Source of the DNA: Bugula neritina | Taxonomy: Eukaryota; Animalia; Bryozoa | DNA length: 64,000 bases | Assembly (NCBI GenBank): GCA_964035545.1 | Contig: OZ037767.1 | Coordinates: 30,644,628-30,708,627 of the forward strand | Direction: 5' to 3' | Part shown: positions 12,669 through 23,429 of the stretch, in pieces | How positions within the stretch are numbered: the stretch's first letter is position 1 | Layout of the letters: each line of letters opens with the position of its first letter | Notes under the pieces: generated by a model | What the model was told of the DNA's origin: nothing | Databases searched by the model: none | What the model saw: the letters and a program-made list of their open reading frames with translations, nothing else | Made by a program: the position numbers and the translations under genes

Positions 12669-13233
12669 TGTAGTAAACTGTGGGTTCTGAATGCAACTAG
12701 TGCCTACATGCTCTAGAAAGAATAAGCCAAGTATTTGAGTACAAATGAGGATAACCTTTATTGTATCAGATACAGCTCATGTGGTCCTACTACCAGCGAG
12801 CTCCAGTAGTAGTCTGAAGCTACACTGGAAACTCGCCTGCTTTTATACACAAGAATTCACATCTAGAATGTTCCAACAGACAAAAGAAAGTTAAGCTTGA
12901 CAGTAACAAAAGAAAAATAGACAAAGGAGAATGAATAATTCAATAGGCCAAGAATTTAGCTATAATAACAACCTATTGAAGGCATTCATAAAAGCTACAC
13001 AAATTTCCAGTATCAGTATTAATGCAAAACGATGAAATAGCAAAAAGGGAAAATAACTCTGGAAATGCGTATTTAATGAAAATTACATTATACTGAAAGC
13101 TTAATCACAATAATAAGGCATTAGAAAGCTAGTGCAACTTAGCTATAATTACAGCATTCAAAACGATACGCAACAGTAGTTATAATACTGACTCACGCAG
13201 TTAAAAACTAATAGAGGGTGAAAATCCATTACA
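12669..13233 (-). repeat. E1 3' LTR
   Basis: Appears identical to 19449-20013; TATA box and AATAAA on the minus strand; PPT adjacent. Confidence 0.97.
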
Positions 13234-13420
13234 TTCTCCCCCCATCGAAAAGCATCCCCTTTTCGATAGCAAAACAATGATTCCACACACAAAAAATAAA
13301 ACACAAACGTAGAAAAATATGCGGTTAACAGGAAAGTATTATGATTAATCACACGTAACACGAGAATATTTACAGTTCAGTTGGCTATTGCCAGCGGCCC
13401 CTGGTTGTCCGGTTTTATCA

Positions 13421-16400
13421 TTAGAGGTAGTGCACCAGGCTTCCTATCTCTTCTGTACTTGGATCGAGGATACGGGACCAGGCCTCGATTGCGCTATCCA
13501 GGATGCACTCTCGGTAAGGAAGTGCCATACTCTGCCCGTGACGGGGCAATTGTGGGTGGGTTGGCTGAGTCTGTTCTTCTATCTGGCTGCCTGGTGCTCC
13601 AGATATCCAATACTGGCGGGCGACCAGGGCCCGAGGCATTGCCAGTATTGGAGAGTCCTCTTCGTCTCTGCCTGCGAGGTGGTCGCCGTATAGAGTGCCC
13701 TGCTCCTCCCCAGCTGTGAGCTGGAGCTCAACCGGTTCGGGGTCAGGGCCACTAACGCTGGCGGAACACACCTCGGAAGAGGGGGTGTCGTACTGCTGGC
13801 TGCGGGGAGCCGAAACAGGAGCTGGTGGGGGAGGGGAGTCGGATCGACTGGCCTCCTCGGTATCCTTACGCTCCTCTGTTTGGGTATCTGGCGAGGTAAT
13901 TCCCATAGCTGATGCTAGTGTCTGAATAACAGTGTTTAAATTATACTTAGGGGTATCAGGATTAGAATTCAACTTGAGCTGTAACTCACGTGCTAGCTGT
14001 GTGAAATCTTCTTCTTGGTGGAATTCTCCGGGGTGATGGAGGGAATTTCCAGCCAAGATGGGGTGGTCGTCCGTACTGGGTGGGTTGTCCTCATGAGGGG
14101 GCCACTCCAGGTGCCCTACAGCATAGTCTGCCAGATACCTGGGGGGTCTTCTTGACCGCTGGCTCCTTTCAATTGGAACAGGCACCGGTGGTGTTGGTGG
14201 CTCCTGGGCTACCCTAGTAGGGGGGTCCCCGCCTTCACCCAACACGGGGGTGGGGGTGTCCTCCCCCAGGGAGGGTGGTGGTCCTAGGGCTTGCCGCTGT
14301 TCCTGTTCCCGCTCCTCTCTCTGCTGTCGCTCCAGCTGCTCTATCAAGGCGGCCTGCTCTTGGTCCGACTCTCTGGGAACCATAATTTCCACCTCTCGGG
14401 GCTGGGTGGCTTGTCCTCGACGGTTGGGCTGACGGTGGGGCTCCAGGAGGGGTGGAGCCTGACCCACCGCGTCTGGGCTGGCATGGTAAGGTTTGAGGCG
14501 CTGCTCGCTCTGGACGGAGATCTGTCCAGAGCGCTCCACACGGTACGTGTGGTTGGGCAGCACCTCCACTACGCAGTAGGGACCGACGAACTTGGGCTGA
14601 AGCTTAGCCGACTGTCCGCGTCGCCTACGGTAGCTCACCATCCAGACCCAGTCTCCCACCTGGTACAACGGGGGCTCCTCTGAGTCCTCTGTGCGGGTCT
14701 GCCACTGCTGGGTGCGCAGCGCATCATGAGCTTTGCCCATGATGTCCATCAGACCCTCCACATATTCGTGTACCGGTGACTCGGGGGCAGGAACATGGTA
14801 TGTCAGGTGTTCCGGGACCCGCGTCTCTCGGCCTAGCATCAGGAAGTTTGGGGTCTCCTGTGTGGCGGAGTGTGGTGTGCTGCGGTAAGCCCGCATGATC
14901 TGCGGCAGCACCACGTCCCATTCTTCCTGACCTCGACCAAGGAGCAGGCTCCTGAGCGCGTCACCCAACATCCTGTTGTTCCGCTCGACGACTCCGTTCC
15001 CTTGCGGGTGATATGGGGTGGTCCGACTCTGGTTCACCCCCCATATCCGGCAGAGGTCTCCCATGAGCTGGGACTGGAACTGGGCGCCCTGGTCCGTATG
15101 TATCTGCTCGGGCAAACCGAGGTAACAGAACACATTTTGGTCCAGGGTCCGGGCCACCGTGGGGGCGGTTGCGTCTGGGATAGCCAGAGCATCCGCCCAC
15201 CGGGTAAAGTGGTCCGTGAGCACCAGTATCCAGGTGTTCCCTCTGGCGGATAACGGCATAGGCCCGACGAGGTCTACCGCCACTACTTGCCACGGTCGAC
15301 CAGCGTACAGCCGGCGTCGACCAGTGGTTTCCGTGGGGCGGCCATGCTTGCTAGCTTGGCAGACCTCGCATTGCCGTACCCGCAGTCGTACGTCCCGAGT
15401 CATTCCGGGCCAATACCAACGCAGCCGCAGACACCTGATGACCCGACTGACTCCAGAATGAGCCTGCTTATGGGTGTCCCAGATCAGTTCCCGTCGGAGG
15501 GCGCGTGGACAGACGACGCGGTCCCTCTCCTGCTGACGGTTGTCTGCTGCTAACGTTATCATCAGGAGGCCATCAGGACTGACCTTGAGGGCATCCCAGC
15601 GACGACAGAGGAGTTGGAACTCAACGTCTCCCTGCCGCTGCTGTTCCTCACTAGGTCGTCGGCCCTCCTTCTTGGCCCGGAAAATGTCCGCTACCGCGCC
15701 GGGTAGCGTCTCCTGGAGTCGGCACAGCTCCTTGACATTCTGGTACAGAGTGGGGTTGGCGTGAAGCGCCTGGACGTCGTCTGAGTGGGTTTCGGTCCGA
15801 AGATGGCCGTGCTCCCACCGATAGACGGCGCCCTCCCCTAACTCTGTTTCCACGTCAAGGCGAGCGGGTCCCCCGTCCCGCTTCTCAATGTGCAGGCATT
15901 GCTTACAGTCCTCTACCGGCCGGCGGCTCATGCCGTCGGCGTTCCCATGCTTCCGGCCAGCACGGTGCTCTATCCGGTAAGAGAACTCGGCAAGAATCTC
16001 TAGCCAACGAGCCACCTGGCTCGAGGGCTCCGCACGTTTACACAGCCATATCAGTGATGCATGGTCTGTTCGCAAACGGAACGTTCTCCCATACAGATAT
16101 GGCCGAAAGTGCTTGACCGCCTTGACTACTGCTAGGAGTTCCTTCCTAGTGGTGCAGTAGTTCTTCTCGGCGGCCGCGAGAGTCTTGCTGTAGTAAGCCA
16201 CGACCACCTCACTTCCACCCTGGACTTGAGACAGGACAGCTCCCACGCTGTGGTCGCTGGCGTCGGTGTCCAGGATGTACTCTTGGGCTGGGTCAGGATA
16301 CGCCAGAATTGGCGCCTCCATTAGCCGCTGCTTGAGGTGGTCAAATGCCTGCTGCTCCTCCTGTGTCCACTGCCACCGGACCCCCTTTGCGGTCAGCCGA

Positions 16401-18520
16401 TTTAACGGCTGAGCCACTCCTGCGAAGCCAGGTATGTACTGCCGGTAGTACCCTACTAGGCCCAGGAACGCGCGCAACTCAGGGAGGTCACGGGGGACAG
16501 TCCACTCCTTCACAGCCTGTACCTTCTCTGGGTCGGTAGCGACCCCATCACGGCCAACCACATGGCCAAGGTACGTGACTTCTGGCTGCAGGAGTGCACA
16601 CTTGGAGGGCTTCAGCTTCAGTCCAGCTGCCCGGAGACGGTCAAAGACCTCCCGCAGACGACTGACATGAGTCGAGAAGTCTGGGGAAATGACAATGACG
16701 TCGTCTAGATAGATGAGGAGGGTCTTCCAGTGTAACCCACTGAGGACCTGCTCCATGAGCCGTTGGAAAGTTGCCGGAGCGGACGTTAGTCCAAATGGCA
16801 GTACTTTCCACTTCCAGAGCCCGTCGCGAGTGATGAATGCTGCTTTGTCCTGGGCATCAGGACTGAGGGGTACTTGCCAGTACCCGCTAAGCAGATCCAA
16901 AGTACTGAAGTACTTGCTACCCGCGAGGGCATCTAGAGACTCATCTATCCGTGGGAGAGGGTAGGCGTCCTGGATGGTAACGCTGTTGAGTCTGCGGTAG
17001 TCCACACAGAATCTCCAGCTACCATCCTTCTTCTTGACCAGGACTACTGGAGAGCTCCACGCACCGTGGGCAGGCTCAATCAGATTCCGGTCGAGAAGAT
17101 CCTGTACCTGTCGGCTCACCTCCTTCTCCTTCTCCGGGCCTAGACGCCGGGTAGGCTGCCTAATGGGAGTGGTGCCGGCTGCCAGGGGTATCTCGTGGGA
17201 GATGACCTTGGTCAGCCCCATGTCTTCATCGCCACGACTGAAGACATCACTGTACTCTGCAAGTAGTTGAGCCAGTACTTGGCGTTCAGTACTACTGGTA
17301 CAGTTTCGGCACGCTCCATCGTATAGGTCAGCCACATGCTCCGGGACTGCTCCTCGTCTGGTGTGAGGGGGTTTACCCTGGGTGTCGGCCACTGTCTCCA
17401 GTGCCGGACCCACATCCGCTTCCTGGATGGAGTGGTACTTCCCCACCAGCGCTCCGGCCGATAATCGGATAGGTTCCGTGAAGGGGTTGATGCACTGCAC
17501 GAGGAGCTCCTGCCGACAATCTAGCCGATTCAGGCTGTTTGCTAGTCGGATCGCTCCGTGCGTTCCCTCAACCACCCCCAGGCCGGCGATCCCTTTGCAG
17601 TTGACTCTGCAGCGAAGAGTCGCCTGGGATCTCCCCGGAACCGTGCAGTCCCGCACTACCTGGACTCCGCCCACCAAGGGCCTTCCGAACTTGTCGACGC
17701 AGACAAGCTCCTTCCCAGCCATCACCACCACTGACTTCTGGAAATCCATGTAACACTGGTGTTTCTCCAGAAACGGCATTCCCAGGATGGCGTCCTCCTT
17801 CAGCTGGCTGACTATGAACGTCTCGTGAATTGCTTGATCACGGACGCGTCCAGGTAGTGAAATGACGCCGTAGAAAGGAATGCATGATCCGTCCGCCAAC
17901 GTACCATGCGCACCTTCATACGGCTCGAGGCTCGCCCGCTCTCGTGCACCAAGAGTGTCAAAGAGACGCCTACTCAGCAGGTTGGTAGTGCACCCAGTAT
18001 CCAGTAGGAATGTGGCAGCTTTACCCGAAATCTTTCCGGGCAGGAAGTAGCTGCTTCCATACGGCTGGGTGCTCCTGGAGCGGTCAGTCTCTGGGGGAGA
18101 CACAACTTGGGTCCGCACAGCGGGCCTCCTCTTCGTCTTAGAGACAACGGGGGTTTTCTGAGGTCGGGAGGGTAGCTTGGGGTACTCTTGCGAGTAAGCT
18201 GAATCCTCCTCCACAACCTCCTCGGGCAACCCCGCGAACCGGTTACGGAGTGGCCAGGCTGGAGGATCGGGTAGACCTTGCGGTCTCCGAGATCTCCGAG
18301 GTGCCTGCCATCCTGCTTCTTCTAGCTGCATCCGGGTCTCGAGTGACACGGCCGGAGGATCGGGTAGACCTTGCGGTCTCCGAGGTCTCCGTGGCCTCTG
18401 CCACTCGGTATCGGCAGACCCTGTGGAGGTCTCTTCTTCTCCTCTTCGAGTCCTATCCCGGATGGGATTGGCGTGAGGCCCACGGTTGGCGGAAGTTACC
18501 GTGAGCCTTGGGTGTTTAAA
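13421..18520 (-). CDS. pol: E1 Pol (protease, RT, RNase H, integrase, long C-terminal extension), reached by -1 frameshift from gag
   Basis: LLDTG, LPFGL/YLDD, TDASD, HHCC (HKQAH..CEVC), D-D-E core and GPY/F motif (KFVGPY). The frame is open from the TTTAAAC slippery site (18514-18520); the ORF-track start at 18349 is a GTG. Confidence 0.95.
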   Translation of the reverse strand, partial: FKHPRLTVTSANRGPHANPIRDRTRRGEEETSTGSADTEWQRPRRPRRPQGLPDPPAVSLETRMQLEEAGWQAPRRSRRPQGLPDPPAWPLRNRFAGLPEEVVEEDSAYSQEYPKLPSRPQKTPVVSKTKRRPAVRTQVVSPPETDRSRSTQPYGSSYFLPGKISGKAATFLLDTGCTTNLLSRRLFDTLGARERASLEPYEGAHGTLADGSCIPFYGVISLPGRVRDQAIHETFIVSQLKEDAILGMPFLEKHQCYMDFQKSVVVMAGKELVCVDKFGRPLVGGVQVVRDCTVPGRSQATLRCRVNCKGIAGLGVVEGTHGAIRLANSLNRLDCRQELLVQCINPFTEPIRLSAGALVGKYHSIQEADVGPALETVADTQGKPPHTRRGAVPEHVADLYDGACRNCTSSTERQVLAQLLAEYSDVFSRGDEDMGLTKVISHEIPLAAGTTPIRQPTRRLGPEKEKEVSRQVQDLLDRNLIEPAHGAWSSPVVLVKKKDGSWRFCVDYRRLNSVTIQDAYPLPRIDESLDALAGSKYFSTLDLLSGYWQVPLSPDAQDKAAFITRDGLWKWKVLPFGLTSAPATFQRLMEQVLSGLHWKTLLIYLDDVIVISPDFSTHVSRLREVFDRLRAAGLKLKPSKCALLQPEVTYLGHVVGRDGVATDPEKVQAVKEWTVPRDLPELRAFLGLVGYYRQYIPGFAGVAQPLNRLTAKGVRWQWTQEEQQAFDHLKQRLMEAPILAYPDPAQEYILDTDASDHSVGAVLSQVQGGSEVVVAYYSKTLAAAEKNYCTTRKELLAVVKAVKHFRPYLYGRTFRLRTDHASLIWLCKRAEPSSQVARWLEILAEFSYRIEHRAGRKHGNADGMSRRPVEDCKQCLHIEKRDGGPARLDVETELGEGAVYRWEHGHLRTETHSDDVQALHANPTLYQNVKELCRLQETLPGAVADIFRAKKEGRRPSEEQQRQGDVEFQLLCRRWDALKVSPDGLLMITLAADNRQQERDRVVCPRALRRELIWDTHKQAHSGVSRVIRCLRLRWYWPGMTRDVRLRVRQCEVCQASKHGRPTETTGRRRLYAGRPWQVVAVDLVGPMPLSARGNTWILVLTDHFTRWADALAIPDATAPTVARTLDQNVFCYLGLPEQIHTDQGAQFQSQLMGDLCRIWGVNQSRTTPYHPQGNGVVERNNRMLGDALRSLLLGRGQEEWDVVLPQIMRAYRSTPHSATQETPNFLMLGRETRVPEHLTYHVPAPESPVHEYVEGLMDIMGKAHDALRTQQWQTRTEDSEEPPLYQVGDWVWMVSYRRRRGQSAKLQPKFVGPYCVVEVLPNHTYRVERSGQISVQSEQRLKPYHASPDAVGQAPPLLEPHRQPNRRGQATQPREVEIMVPRESDQEQAALIEQLERQQREEREQEQRQALGPPPSLGEDTPTPVLGEGGDPPTRVAQEPPTPPVPVPIERSQRSRRPPRYLADYAVGHLEWPPHEDNPPSTDDHPILAGNSLHHPGEFHQEEDFTQLARELQLKLNSNPDTPKYNLNTVIQTLASAMGITSPDTQTEERKDTEEASRSDSPPPPAPVSAPRSQQYDTPSSEVCSASVSGPDPEPVELQLTAGEEQGTLYGDHLAGRDEEDSPILAMPRALVARQYWISGAPGSQIEEQTQPTHPQLPRHGQSMALPYRECILDSAIEAWSRILDPSTEEIGSLVHYL

Positions 18521-19398
18521 GGCCCTTGGCCTCTAGGGCAGTGCCTCCTCACGTGCCCATGCGCCCCGCACCCCCAACAGGTTAGCAGAGATGAGCGGAC
18601 AGGGTTGTCCCGTGAATGGGGAGCCCGCCTATCCGCCTGTTCGTTCTGCAACTTCGTCACCGTAGCCTGCAGGCCTTTCATCATGTCCATTAACATGGTG
18701 AGCTGCGTCTGCTCGGGTGATTTAGTTGCAGCTGCTGCTACCTGTGGAGTTGGAAGTGGGGTGGTCTCCTCATGCTCCTCGACCACTTGGCGGGCTGTAT
18801 AGCTCGGTCGCCTAGGCTCTTCCACCTGGAAGTAAGCCTTCCCCATTTCCAGCGCTTCCTCTATACTGTTGACCTTGGCGGCCAGCCAGTATCGCTGCAG
18901 GTCCGGGTGATTCACGCTCCGGAAGAACGCGTTATAAACGAGGCGCTTCCGGTCGTCGCCAGTGGCATGACCGAAAGCAGCCTGAGCCAGGCGCTCTACC
19001 TCGTTAGCGTGATCTTCCAGAGGAGTCTTCCGGTCTCTCCTCATTATCTGCAAACGATCAGCTGCTTCTTCGGCTGTTAGGCCGAACCGGGCTCTCAGAG
19101 CCCGCATAATGTGCTCTTCATCAGGCCCAAGAGCAAAGCTCTTGGCCCGGCCTGTCAGACAGGCCCGGAGTTGGAGGATCCGCACCCGTACTGGCCATTC
19201 AGCGATGGTGGCCACATCCTGGAACTCCCTGATGAATTGCTCTACGTCTTCTCCTCCGAAATTCGGGGGCTGGAGGCGATACCTGTCACCAGGTGATGCC
19301 TGTCCTTGACCCCGCAATCCCTGGAGGGCTGCGACCAGCGCCTCAACAGTGAGGGCTGGTGGTGTTGCTGCCTCAGGGGCTGAGTCCCCTGGGGCCAT
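18496..19398 (-). CDS. gag: E1 Gag, 300 aa, with CCHC zinc knuckle
   Basis: ATG ~30 nt after the PBS; CWGCGAHGHVRRHC knuckle. Confidence 0.95.
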   Translation of the reverse strand: MAPGDSAPEAATPPALTVEALVAALQGLRGQGQASPGDRYRLQPPNFGGEDVEQFIREFQDVATIAEWPVRVRILQLRACLTGRAKSFALGPDEEHIMRALRARFGLTAEEAADRLQIMRRDRKTPLEDHANEVERLAQAAFGHATGDDRKRLVYNAFFRSVNHPDLQRYWLAAKVNSIEEALEMGKAYFQVEEPRRPSYTARQVVEEHEETTPLPTPQVAAAATKSPEQTQLTMLMDMMKGLQATVTKLQNEQADRRAPHSRDNPVRSSLLTCWGCGAHGHVRRHCPRGQGPLNTQGSR

Positions 19399-19429
19399 TG
19401 CGCGCCGCTCGGCAACTAGTTATTCGAAA

Positions 19430-19447
19430 ATCCCACTGCTGCCACCA
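19430..19447 (-). promoter_or_regulatory. E1 primer binding site, tRNA-Leu type
   Basis: TGGTGGCAGCAGTGGGAT 1 nt inside the 5' LTR; complementary to a tRNA-Leu 3' end (...AUCCCACYGCUGCCACCA). Confidence 0.85.
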
Positions 19448-19448
19448 A

Positions 19449-20013
19449 TGTAGTAAACTGTGGGTTCTGAATGCAACTAGTGCCTACATGCTCTAGAAAG
19501 AATAAGCCAAGTATTTGAGTACAAATGAGGATAACCTTTATTGTATCAGATACAGCTCATGTGGTCCTACTACCAGCGAGCTCCAGTAGTAGTCTGAAGC
19601 TACACTGGAAACTCGCCTGCTTTTATACACAAGAATTCACATCTAGAATGTTCCAACAGACAAAAGAAAGTTAAGCTTGACAGTAACAAAAGAAAAATAG
19701 ACAAAGGAGAATGAATAATTCAATAGGCCAAGAATTTAGCTATAATAACAACCTATTGAAGGCATTCATAAAAGCTACACAAATTTCCAGTATCAGTATT
19801 AATGCAAAACGATGAAATAGCAAAAAGGGAAAATAACTCTGGAAATGCGTATTTAATGAAAATTACATTATACTGAAAGCTTAATCACAATAATAAGGCA
19901 TTAGAAAGCTAGTGCAACTTAGCTATAATTACAGCATTCAAAACGATACGCAACAGTAGTTATAATACTGACTCACGCAGTTAAAAACTAATAGAGGGTG
20001 AAAATCCATTACA
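19449..20013 (-). repeat. E1 5' LTR
   Basis: TG...CA, next to the PBS. Confidence 0.97.
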
Positions 20014-20760
20014 ATAGTAATACTAATACTAATAGTAATACAGTAATACTATTACTGTATTACTATTAGTATTAGTATTACTATTATTACACTATTACAC
20101 TATTACTAATAGTGTAATAGTGTATTACATTTTGATTTTCATTTTGATTTACTCAATCTGAATCCCATAGTCATAGTCATACTGATACTCATAATCATAC
20201 TCATACTCATAGTCTCATACTCATAGTCATATTCCTCTGTCATAGTTATAGAGAATCAGAATATCATAGTCATACTGATCCTCATACTGGTAGTGATGCT
20301 CATAGTCATAGTCATTGTCTAAGTCATACTCATAGTATTAGTTATAGTATTAGTTATAGTAAAAGTAATGTTACTGCTAGTACTAATAGTAATAGTAATT
20401 CTAATACTAATAGGAACATTAACAGGCAATAGTAATTACTATTAGTAATACTAATAGTTATTGTGAACATGGTAGTCAGTGAGTGTGACAGTGTGATACT
20501 GATATTGATCGTGAGGCTGATACACTCTTACACTTACAGTGATACTCATACTGATAGTGATAGTGATAGCCACTGTCAGCGTCACACTCACTGATGTCGA
20601 GCCAAATGTGATATCCATGCTGATACTGAGAGTCATTGACTAATATTGATTTTGACACCAACACCTTGTCATACTCATACTCAGCTACTCATATTGATAA
20701 TGATATCTATAATATTTATACTTTATATATGTACTTGTACTTATAGTCTCATATTTAAAC
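20014..20760. repeat. AT-rich hexamer-periodic tract containing two perfect palindromes
   Basis: 36-bp arms at 20013-20048/20050-20085; 18-bp arms at 20088-20105/20107-20124; then (catagt/catact/gatact)n. Confidence 0.85.
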
Positions 20761-23011
20761 TTTTAGATATGAGCATCACTATAATGCAATTCGTATTTAT
20801 TATTGATATGAAATTGAAATAGTTATGATTATTACTAGTACTACCTGTTTTAGGTTTAGAAAATTGGATTTATTAATCTAGTTATTTGATATTTAATATT
20901 CAAGCTTAGAGTTGGGGCTATAGTTATGCTAATTTCTTATTTTTTCTAAACTTTTTACATATAATGAATAACCATTATATTACAACTTTAGGAATGTAAC
21001 TCACTCTAACTGTCTTTAGGTAATTAGAAGTGTCATGTAAAGTGGTAAAGTAATTGCTATAAGCAGGGCTTAGTCAAAGTCACAGCAAGTAAAACTAAAT
21101 GCCATATACCCGGTCTTGTAAATATAACCTAAGTTGATGATTAACTTTCATTTATATTCTATAGTATTTATTTATTTGTCTTGGCAGTGACTTGCAATTG
21201 GTAACTATTCATCATGATCCCAGTGATAGTTTTAGTCAATATTGTAAAACTGAAATTGAATATCCTACACTTAGTCTTTAGTTCACTTGTACCCTTAGTC
21301 TTGGGATTGGTAATTTAAAATATTACTCATGGCTATAATTACTATAACTATGAATACGGTGATGGTGAAGTTTTTGTGATAGTTGTAGTGAGACCAGATA
21401 TTGAAAATTGAAATTCAATTTGAATGAGTGTAGCTTTGACTGTGAGTAACTAAGGACAAGTGTCAGTATAAGTTGCATCAGTATGAGTATTAGTATTATG
21501 AGTATTAGTCTATCTCTTGGTATACACTATAAATATTACTATCATCACAATCAATGCTTCTACCACATACAGTATCGAATATGCAATTATGTTGTTAGTT
21601 TTTGATAAGCAGTTTAATTGCATAAATTGACTCACTGATTTAACTGTTTTATCGGTGTAGATATGTTTAAAATATGTGCCCTGTGATGATAGTCATAGTG
21701 TGTCTTGATGTAAACAGAGATATCATTATCTCAGACTGTATTATTAGACCTAGAAGGAAGTTTAGTATGACATGGTGTTATGTTGGGGCTAGTAAATTAT
21801 AACTGGGAACTGTGAAAGTATGTCTAATTCAACTTCACAGTATTATTGATGCCTGCCCTATCTATAGTTGGTAATGTTTAGTTTTGAAAATTAAGCCAAC
21901 TATTTATATTATTATATTATATAAATTTCTTTTTTTATAATATTGTTGAGCTATGTAGATGAAATTTTTGTCAATGCATGATGATAAGTTTGTGTTCAGT
22001 TGTAGTTTGATGATTGAGATTGTTTGGTTGTGACTAATAGCAGGAAAATTTCAAATATCCTGTTTATAAATAATTACACTTTACACTGCATAATAACACT
22101 GAAGAGTCCATGATTCACTTGATACACTAACTAAACAATAATTTCAATTGTCTATTTGACTCATTCATATAATACATTATTGATTAAAATCAAAAATAAG
22201 AATACTAACCTGCTTTCAACTAGTCAATGTGAAAGCTATTTTCATACGCTATTGATTTTTTTGTATTTCACTTTATTGGTATACAAAAGCTCAATGCTAA
22301 TTTCATGTTACTACAATGGAGGTGAGATATGAAGTATTTGCTATCAGTTTTGGCTTTGCCAGTGGCTTAGGAGTTAGCTGAAAGTGATAGTAGAAATTTT
22401 AGTTCAGTTTCTTCTACTGAACTTTTCATTATACAGGAATCTGTCTTTATAGTATGAATTGTGGCTATACTACCTAGGTCCTAGGAGATATACTAAAAAA
22501 ATCACACTTGAATTTTCTGTTATCACTGGTAACCATAATTTCAACAGCTAAATTGCACTTCCTTCTTTTACTCTTTATAATTGCCATGTAATATATTATA
22601 GTATTCCCATCTTTATCTGTACGTTAAGAGTTGATTATCCATAATGTGCTGTCCGGTATTTCACACGTCAAAAGGAAGCCATTAATAAACAAATAGGTGT
22701 AATGTTTCATGCCCATACAACTTGACTATCTGAGGATTGTATTGCATCATATTGCAAAGCTGTGTGCTGAATCTCAGTTCTGTTCAATGCTGTTAAATCT
22801 AAAAACCAATTTAGTTAGTTGAAGCTAGTCTTGTACCACCAGCATTTTATCTCAGCATTCTAATGCCAAGCATTGTTTCAGTTTGACTTACCATCAACTC
22901 ACTCACTCATCAAGGACGTAAACAAAGGAAGTAGCTAATAATGTATAACTAGTTATTACTTGATAGTTTGTGTTGGGGGGGGAAACTAATCTAGCTTTAC
23001 CAAGCCCATGT

Positions 23012-23216
23012 ATGTGTGTGCTAACTGTGGCTGTGTGTGCTAGCTGTGGATATGTGTGCTAGCTGTGGATGTGTGTGCTAACTGTGGCTGTGTGTGCTAA
23101 CTGTGGATGTGTGTGCTAACTGTGGCTGTGTGTGCTAACTGTGGATGTGTGTGCTAACTGTGGCTGTGTGTGCTAGCTGTGGATGTGGCTGTGTGTGCTA
23201 ACTGTGGTTGTATGTG
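23012..23216. repeat. ~18-19-nt minisatellite (gtgtgtgctaactgtggct)
   Basis: Tandem array. Confidence 0.85.
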
Positions 23217-23429
23217 TACACCAATAGGTAGCAACTCAGCAGAAGTCACTAACTGAGTGGATAATTCTTATTAATACTCTGATGCTACTCTAATTGCTAA
23301 TCATTGATTCACTCTGTAATTAAATGTATCCGAAGTTAGTTTTGAAATTAGCTTGCAGTTACTTAGATACTGGGTGAGATAATCAAGTGCAATAGGTCAA
23401 GATTTCTTCACTGCAGATGTGGGGCTGTA

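Larger units (their letters stand above)
12669..20013 (-). mobile_element. Full-length Ty3/Gypsy LTR retrotransposon, copy E1
   Basis: 565-bp LTRs at 12669-13233 and 19449-20013 (TG...CA, no mismatch seen); 4-bp TSD atag (12665-12668, 20014-20017); PBS 19430-19447; PPT 13234-13243; intact gag and pol with domain order PR-RT-RH-IN. Confidence 0.98.

Noticed and set aside
13381-13719. Antisense ORFs at the 3' end of E1 (101 and 112 aa) as an env-like or accessory gene
   Set aside because: The codon-aligned antisense frame has a stop in E2, the other frame is less conserved than the sense frame, and the starts are non-ATG.
14250-19309. Many short ORFs overlapping gag/pol in other frames (and their E2 equivalents)
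   Set aside because: Shadow ORFs of GC-rich coding sequence; shared only because the elements are nearly identical.
20451-20664. Alternating-residue ORFs (ITITISMSI, YHYHYQYEY)
   Set aside because: By-product of hexamer periodicity; no clear start or splice structure.
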